Shown here one piece after another: positions 56,059 to 64,000 of a DNA stretch of 64,000 nt. The translations under genes were made by a program, and so were the position numbers. The number at the start of each line of letters is the position of its first letter. Position 1 is the first letter of the stretch. The notes under the pieces are model-generated. The model was given only the letters and a program-made list of their open reading frames with translations. It made no database searches and was not told the origin of the DNA. The stretch comes from Candidatus Latescibacterota bacterium (GTDB lineage Bacteria > Latescibacterota > UBA2968), in assembly GCA_965222605.1 (NCBI GenBank), contig OZ244960.1:5472001-5536000 (forward strand), in the 5' to 3' direction.

Positions 56059-57543
56059 TCATACCCTGTCAGCCCCGCCGAGAAGTTGCTCTTTGGTCAT
56101 CACCTTGACTGGTGGCAGGTTATCGACCATTCCCGCGTCCGTGCGTCGCAGTTCATCAATGGTCCCTTGCCGAAATTGGGCGAGCAACTCGTGGTAATCA
56201 GATTCCAAAGCGAGGTTTTCCAGTTCCTCAGGGTCATTCTCGAGATCGTACATCTCTTCGATCTCCCCGGGGACGAGCCAGCGGATATATTTGTACTTTC
56301 CCGTACACAGAGATACCCACCAGGGGATAGGAGGATTGCCTATTGGCTCACCACAGCCGACATCGGTGTCTTCTCCAAAATAATGACCCGTACACTCCAT
56401 CAGCAGCGGGCGATCCCATTCGGCGTTGGGGTCGGAGAGCAATGGTGTCAGGTCCTCCCCGTGCATCTTCCATGGTTGTTCCATGCCGATCAACGAGAGA
56501 AAGGTAGGCGGGATATCCTGGCCGCCGATTGGCATATCGCATACTGTGCCTGCAGGAATCCGTCCCGGCATCCGCATGATCATCGGCGCTTTGATATTGG
56601 CATCATAGGGAGCCACCTTGAGTCGAAAGCCGTGCTGTCCCCAGGCAAATCCCTGGTCCGACGTAAAGACGACCAGAGTATCATCCAACTGCCCCATCTC
56701 CTCCAGGGCGCCGATCACCCTACCAACCCCTTCATCCAGGGCGCACACGCCTCGGTTGTATTGTTGTTCCCAATCGGTGAGGGTCCGTCCATCCCGGATG
56801 CCTACCGGTTGGCCCTGATCTCCCTCACGCCAAACACCATAGTCCCGCATATGTGTCGCCTTGGTCGGGCGCGGCGGATAGATGTCTTCTGGCGTGGGGA
56901 CCTGGGGAACATCTGGATAGTCCTGGAGATGGCGGTCAGCCACTGCCCAGGGTCCGTGCACTGCGTCATAGCACAGCCAGAGGTGCCATGGCTTATCCGG
57001 TTCCTCTGCTCGTCCACGGAGAAATTCAAGTGCATACTCCGTGTAGTTATCGGTAGAATAGCCGCCAACCGGTTCCGGCGGCCCCCCGTTGATACTCATA
57101 TTCTGATTGACATAATAGGGCCCGTATTTCTCGGGTTGGCTGTGGTCCCAGATGGCAGAAAAATCCCAGTACCGACCGTGACCATGATCGGGACCTGTGT
57201 GCCATTTGCCGACGATGCCTGTGTACCAACCGTTTTCACGGAGATTCTCGAGCCAGTACGGACACCGGTCTGGATCACGGACATAGTTTGGGTAGCCCGA
57301 GGGCAGGTGCATGCTCATCACGCCATGCGGCAATTTTCCGGTCAGGTACGTGGCGCGTGAAGGAGCACACCAGGCACTGGTATAGCAGTTGGAAAAACGC
57401 ATCCCCTCATGGGCGAGGCGATCGATGTTTGGCGTACTGATCCACGAATGCGCCTCGGGATAGCAACTCACAGACCGAAAGCTCTGATCGTCGGTGAAGA
57501 TGTACAAAATGTTGCGCGGACGGTTCGATTGATCATCGTTCAT
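56059..57543 (-). CDS. Formylglycine sulfatase
   Basis: RNILYIFTDDQ, CAPSRATYLTG, GKWH, SDQG, EMYDLENDPEE. Confidence 0.92.
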   Translation of the reverse strand: MNDDQSNRPRNILYIFTDDQSFRSVSCYPEAHSWISTPNIDRLAHEGMRFSNCYTSAWCAPSRATYLTGKLPHGVMSMHLPSGYPNYVRDPDRCPYWLENLRENGWYTGIVGKWHTGPDHGHGRYWDFSAIWDHSQPEKYGPYYVNQNMSINGGPPEPVGGYSTDNYTEYALEFLRGRAEEPDKPWHLWLCYDAVHGPWAVADRHLQDYPDVPQVPTPEDIYPPRPTKATHMRDYGVWREGDQGQPVGIRDGRTLTDWEQQYNRGVCALDEGVGRVIGALEEMGQLDDTLVVFTSDQGFAWGQHGFRLKVAPYDANIKAPMIMRMPGRIPAGTVCDMPIGGQDIPPTFLSLIGMEQPWKMHGEDLTPLLSDPNAEWDRPLLMECTGHYFGEDTDVGCGEPIGNPPIPWWVSLCTGKYKYIRWLVPGEIEEMYDLENDPEELENLALESDYHELLAQFRQGTIDELRRTDAGMVDNLPPVKVMTKEQLLGGADRV

Positions 57544-57545
57544 TT

Positions 57546-58427
57546 CTATCCTCCGTAATCTATTCCATATCTTTTTTCAACAACCGGCCTGATCTCCGGC
57601 GCTCCGTTCTGTTCACACCACGGCGTAAGCGGGCTATCTCCACCACCGGGTTTGTATCCCTCTATCTTTGGATATCTTTCACCAACCAAATACTGACCCA
57701 ATTCATCCAGCTTATTCAAGAAGGCAGGCTCTTGACTTCTATAGTCCAGCGGCATAACCCAACGATATCCATAACCAAACATGATCGCCTTCCGGATGTT
57801 ACACGATGCGTTTATACCCGCCGCATGCGCTGTTCGATTTTCGAAGAATAGACAATCACCAGCCTTTAAAGAAGCTTCAACATAACCTTTTGGCCCAAGC
57901 TCTCCTTCTGGTATATCAATGGGTTTGCCGTCGCGATTGGTGCCAGGCGCAACCAGCGTCATTCCCGAGTTTGGTTGGGTCATATCGTTGAGATAAAACG
58001 CGCACTTCAACAAAACGCGGGGGACATGAACGCCAAACACTTTTGTAGCTGCGCCATAATCGCGATGCCAGCCCGGCCGCCGAATCTTGCCAGAGGGATC
58101 GGAAGGGGATTTGTAAACGAGGTGTGATACCATCAGCTGGATATGCGCGCCTAAAAGCTGTACGACAACCGACAGCGATTTGGAATGTGTCAGAAGTGGG
58201 ATAAAAGCATCATCTTTCACAATACAATTCTTAAAGCCACCCCCTGTGCGCATTTCGCGATCATCACTCGCAATCAACCGATCACCAGCTTCAACAATCC
58301 GATCAATCATTTCCCGATCGAGTACGTTGCGCACAATGAGATAGCCTTGCTCATCAAACTGCCTGATTTCTTGTTCTGAAAGTGCATGCCAGTCCAAATC
58401 AATCGACGATTCTGTCATCTGAGCCAT
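57546..58427 (-). CDS. PhyH-family dioxygenase
   Basis: AAGGAG RBS before ATG 58427, FDEQGYLIV, GWHRD, AGDCLFFENRTAHAAGIN. Confidence 0.9.
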   Translation of the reverse strand: MAQMTESSIDLDWHALSEQEIRQFDEQGYLIVRNVLDREMIDRIVEAGDRLIASDDREMRTGGGFKNCIVKDDAFIPLLTHSKSLSVVVQLLGAHIQLMVSHLVYKSPSDPSGKIRRPGWHRDYGAATKVFGVHVPRVLLKCAFYLNDMTQPNSGMTLVAPGTNRDGKPIDIPEGELGPKGYVEASLKAGDCLFFENRTAHAAGINASCNIRKAIMFGYGYRWVMPLDYRSQEPAFLNKLDELGQYLVGERYPKIEGYKPGGGDSPLTPWCEQNGAPEIRPVVEKRYGIDYGG

Positions 58428-58512
58428 TGTTTGCTCTCCTTCTGTTCCTGCGTTAATATTTGCTCCATTACATCTCCAGAAAATCAGTATTGATAAAAAC
58501 ACAGAGGGGATT

Positions 58513-59940
58513 CTAAACACTCGGCAAAGGCACAGTATCTCCTGTTTCATGTTGCCACACTCGAATCTTCGCCGCCATATCGCGAATGCGATCGCGATGT
58601 TCAGGAACATCAAACAGATTGTTTTCTTCATAAGGATCTGTATTAAGGTCGAACAACTCACACTGATCACCAGCACACAAATTCAACTTCCAGCGATCAC
58701 CCGTCACCACAGATCGCCAAGGCAATGTCGCCATCAAGTTAATGCTTGGATTCCCTAAATTGCGATCGCCAATCCCATTCCACTCTATAAATGCAACGTG
58801 ATCCTTCAAATCGCGCTCACCGGTGAGTGCACCAGCCAAACTCACCCCTTCACACTGATCTGAAACTTCAACGCCCGCCAGATCCAAAAGTGTCGGCACC
58901 AAATCCGCATGCCCAAACACACCATCGATTCGTTTCTGTTCCTTATTCAACCACGGCACACTGAGCAAAAACGGCACTCGCGCAGACTCTTCGTAAAACG
59001 TCCGCTTTTCCATCATCGCATGATCGCCCACCATTTCCCCATGATCACTCGTGTAAGCAATAATCGTATTCTCCAGTTGCCCTGTCTCTTCCAATGCCTG
59101 AATGATCCGCCCCACAGCATCATCCACAATCTTCATATTTCCGAAGTATTGCGATCTCACTTTCCGCCATCCCAATTCCGTACTTAAATCTTCACCTGCC
59201 TCCATCTTCGTTGCATAATGCTCTGCTCGCACCTGATTAAATCGCGAATGCCCTTCAGGCTGTTTCAAAAACGTCGGGCCAACCGGCAATTCCTCAGGAT
59301 CATACAAACCGTCATACGGCCCTGTATACGGAGGGTGCGGTTCAAACGTACTGCACACCAGCAACCAAGGCTGATCGACATTTTCTCGAATAAACCGATC
59401 CGCTTCCTGCGCGACAAACGCCCCGACCTGTTGTTCCGCTGGCAAACGTGCGCGATCTCCTGCAGAAAATTGTTTCAAGTCCGGTGCCAAATGCGAGGGT
59501 GGTTCAACGCCCTGCGCCACCAACCACTCATAGTGGGCACTCATCGGCGCATCTTGAATCGTATTCAAATGCCGCAAATTATCCTGAATACTGATCCACT
59601 CATCAAACCCATGTTGGCGAACGGTATCGTTGCCCAAATGCCATTTGCCCATATATGCCTTGCGATATGTATCTGGCATCATTTCCGCAATCGACTTTGT
59701 ATCTTCCCGTAGATGAATCCCATTCGCCACACATCCGTGCGAATGAGGGTACAGCCCAGACATCAACGTACCCCGCGATGGCGTACACACAGCCTGACTA
59801 ACATACGTATTCTCAAAAACAAAAGACCGCTCCGAAAGCGCATTCAAATGCGGCGATTGAATCCAATCATTGCCGTAACACGACATGGTATCTGTGCGTT
59901 GCTGATCTGTGAACACAAAAAGAATATTCGGTTGATTCAT
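58513..59940 (-). CDS. Formylglycine sulfatase
   Basis: QPNILFVFTDQQ, CTPSRGTLMSG, GKWHLG, PHPP, SDHGE. Confidence 0.93.
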   Translation of the reverse strand: MNQPNILFVFTDQQRTDTMSCYGNDWIQSPHLNALSERSFVFENTYVSQAVCTPSRGTLMSGLYPHSHGCVANGIHLREDTKSIAEMMPDTYRKAYMGKWHLGNDTVRQHGFDEWISIQDNLRHLNTIQDAPMSAHYEWLVAQGVEPPSHLAPDLKQFSAGDRARLPAEQQVGAFVAQEADRFIRENVDQPWLLVCSTFEPHPPYTGPYDGLYDPEELPVGPTFLKQPEGHSRFNQVRAEHYATKMEAGEDLSTELGWRKVRSQYFGNMKIVDDAVGRIIQALEETGQLENTIIAYTSDHGEMVGDHAMMEKRTFYEESARVPFLLSVPWLNKEQKRIDGVFGHADLVPTLLDLAGVEVSDQCEGVSLAGALTGERDLKDHVAFIEWNGIGDRNLGNPSINLMATLPWRSVVTGDRWKLNLCAGDQCELFDLNTDPYEENNLFDVPEHRDRIRDMAAKIRVWQHETGDTVPLPSV

Positions 59941-59983
59941 ATCTATCCCTCTCGTCGTTGTCGTTCACGGTATTTTCCTACTC

Positions 59984-61975
59984 TTACCCAGAGGACAATT
60001 CGATTCTTTTCATCACTCGCTCCAATACCCACACCCTGACGATGCCATCCCGCTGCCCACCAAGCCCGCCTCTGTAATTGTTCTTTTCGAGCTGCGCATT
60101 GTGTTCTGGCCCACACATCTCCTGTTTGTTTATGGCGTGCTCCAGGGCGGGAATAAGCGGCACCATAGGTTGCAATTCTTCGCGGCTGCGGTATGACAGA
60201 TAAGCGCCGGCCCGTAGCCGCGCCCAGAGGATATCGCTCGCCAGTGCCCGCTCAAAAGCAGGCAGGGCCAGGGCGCCTTCGCCTGCCCGCATCAGATAGT
60301 CTCCGGCGGCCAGGCTGACGCTGATTGAGGGATCGTCAAGAAGGGGGGAAAGTCGCTCGATCATCGTATGTTCCACACCAAGTGAGCAAAGGCCGGTAAC
60401 GGCCCAGAAACGCACGGCGCTGTCGGGATCACCAAGCCGTTTTGCGAGTTCTAACTTTGCTTCTTCGCCCATGCGCGCCAGGTCTGCTGTTTCCAGGATC
60501 CGCTCTAAATTATCACAGTTCACACCGACTGCATGGCTGATGCCGTTGTACTGCTCGGCTCGCGCGGCAATCTCCGGTTCATCGATCAACCCCAGATCAC
60601 GGGTCTCGATCATCCATCTGAACAGTTTCTGCCGCAGCTCATCCACGACAGCACTGAAAGCGGGATCATCTGCCAGGTTATGTATCTCTTCAGGGTCCTT
60701 TTCAATATCGTATAACTCTTCGGCGGGTTTGTGATCCTGCCAGATCTGGAACTGCCGGTAATGCTCTGGTAGCCCGTCCGGTTTGATCATCACTGGCGGG
60801 CCGAGCATCAAAAACACACCGTCGGGGTCGTGGACCTTTTGTTTGCCTGGCAGGCAAGAGGTCTCCCAGAAGGCGCGCTCCGGCGTTCCCTCCTCCGGGA
60901 CGGTCGCAAAGAACCCGCCGTCCGGATAGAACGAAGCGTATGGCTGGTGGGGCAAGAAGTTACGCATGTAACGGTATTTTTCGGTGCGGATCGTACGGAT
61001 CACTTCCGGATTGTTGTCCAGCCGATCCCTGGCACTGCAGACGAACTCCCTCGGTTCATCTCTATCGGGACCGCACAGGTTTCGACTCTGAATGTGTTCG
61101 GCGATAGGGACGCCTGCCAATTGCAGAGTCGTCGCACAGAGGTCCATGTGCAAGACGAGTTCATCAACCGCAGTGCCGGGGTCTGTCGGGGATAGGTGCC
61201 GGTATTTCTCCGGGAATCGCATGATCAGTGGGATATTCAGTCCGTCGTCGTAGGCGTGGATCTTGCCCCGGGGATAACCCGTGCCGTGGTCTCCCCAATA
61301 GACAACAATGGTGTCTTCATGGAGTCCCTGTGCTTCAAGCTCATCGAGGATCTCTCCGACCTGCTTGTCGATATTTGTAAGAGCATCGTAGAAGAGCGCC
61401 ATCCGTTCCCTGAACAGGGGGGTGTCGGGAACGAAGCTCGGAACTGGCACATCATTCGGATCGTGCAGTTCGTCGTCGCTCAAGAGCGGGGAACGCCCTT
61501 TTCGCGCCTCACCGGGCGTCAGCTTAAAAACACTGGCGTGGGAATTGCCCAGTTTGTAATACAAGAAAAACGGCTTGTCTTCAGGGCGCTTCTCCCAGAA
61601 ATCGCCAGAGCTGTAATACTGTTCACGCTCCTCTTTGGAGACGTAAAGATTGATGTCTCCGTCCGGCTCCGTGCAGGCGTAACCGGCATTCGTCAGCATT
61701 GTGTTTAACAACTTAACCCCTGCGGAGCGGATGACCGCGCTGCGGTGATGATGCGTGCCCAGCGTCGTCGGATGCATGCCGGTATAGATGCCCGTGCGCG
61801 ACGGTGAGCAGATTGGGCCGGCGGTGAATGCGTTGGTGTAGCGCACACCTTCTGCCGCCAGGCGGTCAATATTTGGGGTATGTGCGTATTGATCCCCGTA
61901 GCAACCGTAGTTCCAGGCACTGGAGTCGTGGTTACTGATCCACAGGATATTGGGTCTGTCTTGTTTTGCGTTCAT
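59984..61975 (-). CDS. Sulfatase with a C-terminal HEAT-repeat domain
   Basis: RPNILWISNHD, CSPSRTGIYTG, GDHG, EELYDIEKDP, then LGDPDSAVRFWAV and LLDDPSISVSLAA repeats. Confidence 0.9.
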   Translation of the reverse strand: MNAKQDRPNILWISNHDSSAWNYGCYGDQYAHTPNIDRLAAEGVRYTNAFTAGPICSPSRTGIYTGMHPTTLGTHHHRSAVIRSAGVKLLNTMLTNAGYACTEPDGDINLYVSKEEREQYYSSGDFWEKRPEDKPFFLYYKLGNSHASVFKLTPGEARKGRSPLLSDDELHDPNDVPVPSFVPDTPLFRERMALFYDALTNIDKQVGEILDELEAQGLHEDTIVVYWGDHGTGYPRGKIHAYDDGLNIPLIMRFPEKYRHLSPTDPGTAVDELVLHMDLCATTLQLAGVPIAEHIQSRNLCGPDRDEPREFVCSARDRLDNNPEVIRTIRTEKYRYMRNFLPHQPYASFYPDGGFFATVPEEGTPERAFWETSCLPGKQKVHDPDGVFLMLGPPVMIKPDGLPEHYRQFQIWQDHKPAEELYDIEKDPEEIHNLADDPAFSAVVDELRQKLFRWMIETRDLGLIDEPEIAARAEQYNGISHAVGVNCDNLERILETADLARMGEEAKLELAKRLGDPDSAVRFWAVTGLCSLGVEHTMIERLSPLLDDPSISVSLAAGDYLMRAGEGALALPAFERALASDILWARLRAGAYLSYRSREELQPMVPLIPALEHAINKQEMCGPEHNAQLEKNNYRGGLGGQRDGIVRVWVLERVMKRIELSSG

Positions 61976-61986
61976 TTTTACCTTGA

Positions 61987-64000
61987 TTACTTTTTTGTGG
62001 CGTTCCTTTCAGTATCTACTGTAGCGCCTGTTACAAACAATAAGGCATCTTTGGAAAGCTTCTTACCTCCCACGTACATCCCCCATCGAAAGGCACTACG
62101 ACCACTGGGTCTTTCCCAGTCGTGGCGTCCTGCAAATTCCCCATTGATGTAGCATTCAGATGTATGGCCGTTGTCGCGAATGCGGACATCAAAAGACTTG
62201 CCTTCCATGTTCTTTAATACAGTCTCAGGGGTCGCTCTGCGTGGCTGGTATATGACGTCACCATCAGCGGTCATAACCAACTGTATAGACCAGTCTTCGC
62301 CATTGTTTTTCACCTGAAAGATGGCACATCCTTGCGCTTTCACAATCGTGTAGGTGCCAATCCATTCATGCCAGGTACCACGGTTCCACCTCTTTTTGCT
62401 AAACGCCTCGATCCGAGCCGCATTGGCACGTGCATTGCGCACATTGTGCTCACCATCAAAAAGGCGAAACACCTGTGTGTTTTCGTCCTCCTGATACCAT
62501 CGCGACCATTTGTGAAAATCACGTCGAGGAATCAAACTGTTGCCCAGTGTGTGAATGTTGATTTCACTTTCTATGGAGCGAAAGGCATGAGGTCCCTTTT
62601 CTACCACCTCGTTATTGACGTCAATTATTGAACCTGTTATTCCCGCATATGAGTTCGTACCGATCGGAATCTGTTTCTCTTCGAGAATGGACGACCAGGA
62701 AGGATCACTGTCGTGCCTGGTGTAAAGGAACCGATCAGGATTGTCTTCTGCCTGTTTTGTAAAATCCAGGACCTTCTTTCGCGTCCCTTTGCTGATGGTG
62801 ACAACCCCGCTGTTCCACTCAGCATTGAGAAAGGGGCTTTCAAAGACTTTCTTTGGAGCGTAGTCAACCGGCTTGCCATTGATTGAGGGGACCGCTTTGG
62901 CGCTGGTATCAAAGGTCAACTGATCGCCATAGATGGTTTTGTAGTGCAGCACCGTCCCATCCATATGAACTTTACAGACCTTCACCTTTTTATTGAAAGC
63001 GTCGAAACTCGTGACATCGCTCTTGGCCATGACTTCAATGATCACTGGTGCGTATTCATCATTGGGGATCATGGTCGCGTTTTCGGGAACAAAGCGATCC
63101 GTTTCAAACTCGCCATCCATCCACTTGAAACCGCCTGTGGCCACGCGGACCGCCGCATAAGCGCCTTTGGCCTCCACATAGACCACGCCATTCTCTTCCA
63201 CTGGCGTGCTCAACCCGCTCTTCGACATCCAGATGATCATCTCGGCACCGTCCTTATGGTGCTTAAGCTTCTGGGTAATCAAGCTTCCCTTGCTCTGCAC
63301 AGACCACTGTGCGTTCATGGCCACCCGGTTGTCTTTGGGGCGAACGATGGGAACAATACGCGCATCGTGTTCGCCGGCAAAGATCACGCCTTGCCAGCGG
63401 TTTTGCGCACTGATCGCAGCCCAATCCTCCAGGGGCCTCGCTTCCGTCATCGGCGTTCCCATGATGAAGGCGGGATCACAGTAGCTGTAGCGCAGAATAC
63501 CACCCCCGTCGGTTCGCATCCTGGTCGGCACTTTTGTAGCAGCAATCTTCAAAGGGCGCCCCGTTTTTCCCAGACCCTGGGGACGTTGCCGCACCTCGTA
63601 TCGTCCTCGTCCTGCCACGTCGATTGCGATATCGGCCACCACGGCTGGTGGTCGGTAGTCGCTGAGAGCTGCGTTCATGTCATGACCATAAACAGCAGGT
63701 TGCTTGCCGATGCCAAAGTAGAACCAAGCCAGCGGCGCATTGCCATGCTCCCGGTTTTGCTTAAGCCCTTTCCAGAAATAGATGCGCGACCGTCCACCAC
63801 CTTGAACGCCGTCAATCTGTTCCTGCGCCCAATAGGCAAAATAAAGATCGAGCAACAGCCCGGCCGACCGTCTCACCTGCGGGTCACCAAAGTCGTAGAA
63901 ATTGTAGAACCTCTTGATCAGTGTGCTGTTATAGTCGTCGCACATCATCTCGATGCACAGGCTTTTGCGCGCACGTTCACGGCAGTAAACCACAAAATAC
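61987..64000 (-). CDS. Large multidomain protein (5' end outside the window) with a C-terminal PL7-like beta-jelly-roll domain
   Basis: The frame is open to the window edge. The C-terminal RIEAF, IFQVK and FRWGMY motifs resemble PL7 RxEL, QIH and YFKAGxY. Confidence 0.6.
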   Translation of the reverse strand, partial: YFVVYCRERARKSLCIEMMCDDYNSTLIKRFYNFYDFGDPQVRRSAGLLLDLYFAYWAQEQIDGVQGGGRSRIYFWKGLKQNREHGNAPLAWFYFGIGKQPAVYGHDMNAALSDYRPPAVVADIAIDVAGRGRYEVRQRPQGLGKTGRPLKIAATKVPTRMRTDGGGILRYSYCDPAFIMGTPMTEARPLEDWAAISAQNRWQGVIFAGEHDARIVPIVRPKDNRVAMNAQWSVQSKGSLITQKLKHHKDGAEMIIWMSKSGLSTPVEENGVVYVEAKGAYAAVRVATGGFKWMDGEFETDRFVPENATMIPNDEYAPVIIEVMAKSDVTSFDAFNKKVKVCKVHMDGTVLHYKTIYGDQLTFDTSAKAVPSINGKPVDYAPKKVFESPFLNAEWNSGVVTISKGTRKKVLDFTKQAEDNPDRFLYTRHDSDPSWSSILEEKQIPIGTNSYAGITGSIIDVNNEVVEKGPHAFRSIESEINIHTLGNSLIPRRDFHKWSRWYQEDENTQVFRLFDGEHNVRNARANAARIEAFSKKRWNRGTWHEWIGTYTIVKAQGCAIFQVKNNGEDWSIQLVMTADGDVIYQPRRATPETVLKNMEGKSFDVRIRDNGHTSECYINGEFAGRHDWERPSGRSAFRWGMYVGGKKLSKDALLFVTGATVDTERNATKK

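Noticed and set aside
56086-57360. 424-aa plus-strand ORF
   Set aside because: Antisense shadow of a clear sulfatase, TTG start, no motifs.
58428-58676. N-terminal extension of the PhyH ORF 57546-58676
   Set aside because: It overlaps the upstream sulfatase. The RBS and family N-terminus support ATG 58427.
1288-64000. Classical integron cassette array
   Set aside because: I found no recurring RYYYAAC...GTTRRRY attC palindromes in the spacers and no tyrosine integrase. Many genes overlap or abut directly.
1-64000. Secondary-metabolite biosynthetic cluster
   Set aside because: Many tailoring-type enzymes are present, but no PKS, NRPS, terpene synthase or RiPP core genes, and no coherent pathway order.

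Overview
Accessory region of a Gram-negative bacterium (a TolC-type outer-membrane factor is present). It has no rRNA, tRNA, CRISPR or housekeeping genes. It is a densely packed, mostly co-oriented run of catabolic genes (+ 1.3-8.0 kb, - 8.1-50.0 kb, + 50.2-53.5 kb, - 53.6-64 kb). It holds 10 PhyH-family and 1 TauD-family Fe(II)/2-oxoglutarate dioxygenases, 8 full-length formylglycine-type sulfatases plus several sulfatase fragments, an aryl-sulfate sulfotransferase, putative glycoside hydrolases and lyases, oxidoreductases and one RND efflux operon. This content resembles sponge-symbiont or marine heterotroph genomes such as Poribacteria and Latescibacterota (inference). Mobile DNA comprises a partial IS982-family element and two related tnpB-only IS200/IS605 elements whose ends I reconstructed by eye. 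Two observations stand out. (1) The array is a gene-by-gene mosaic: base composition changes at gene borders, and many spacers are N- or C-terminal stubs of deleted genes, with no attC sites or integrase visible. (2) The two TnpB elements have different predicted TAMs (TCAC vs TCAT), with substitutions clustered in the N-terminal recognition region. One sits in a gene's last codons and supplies a stop codon. The other sits immediately upstream of a start codon and supplies a Shine-Dalgarno sequence. All calls come from motif reading, not database searches.
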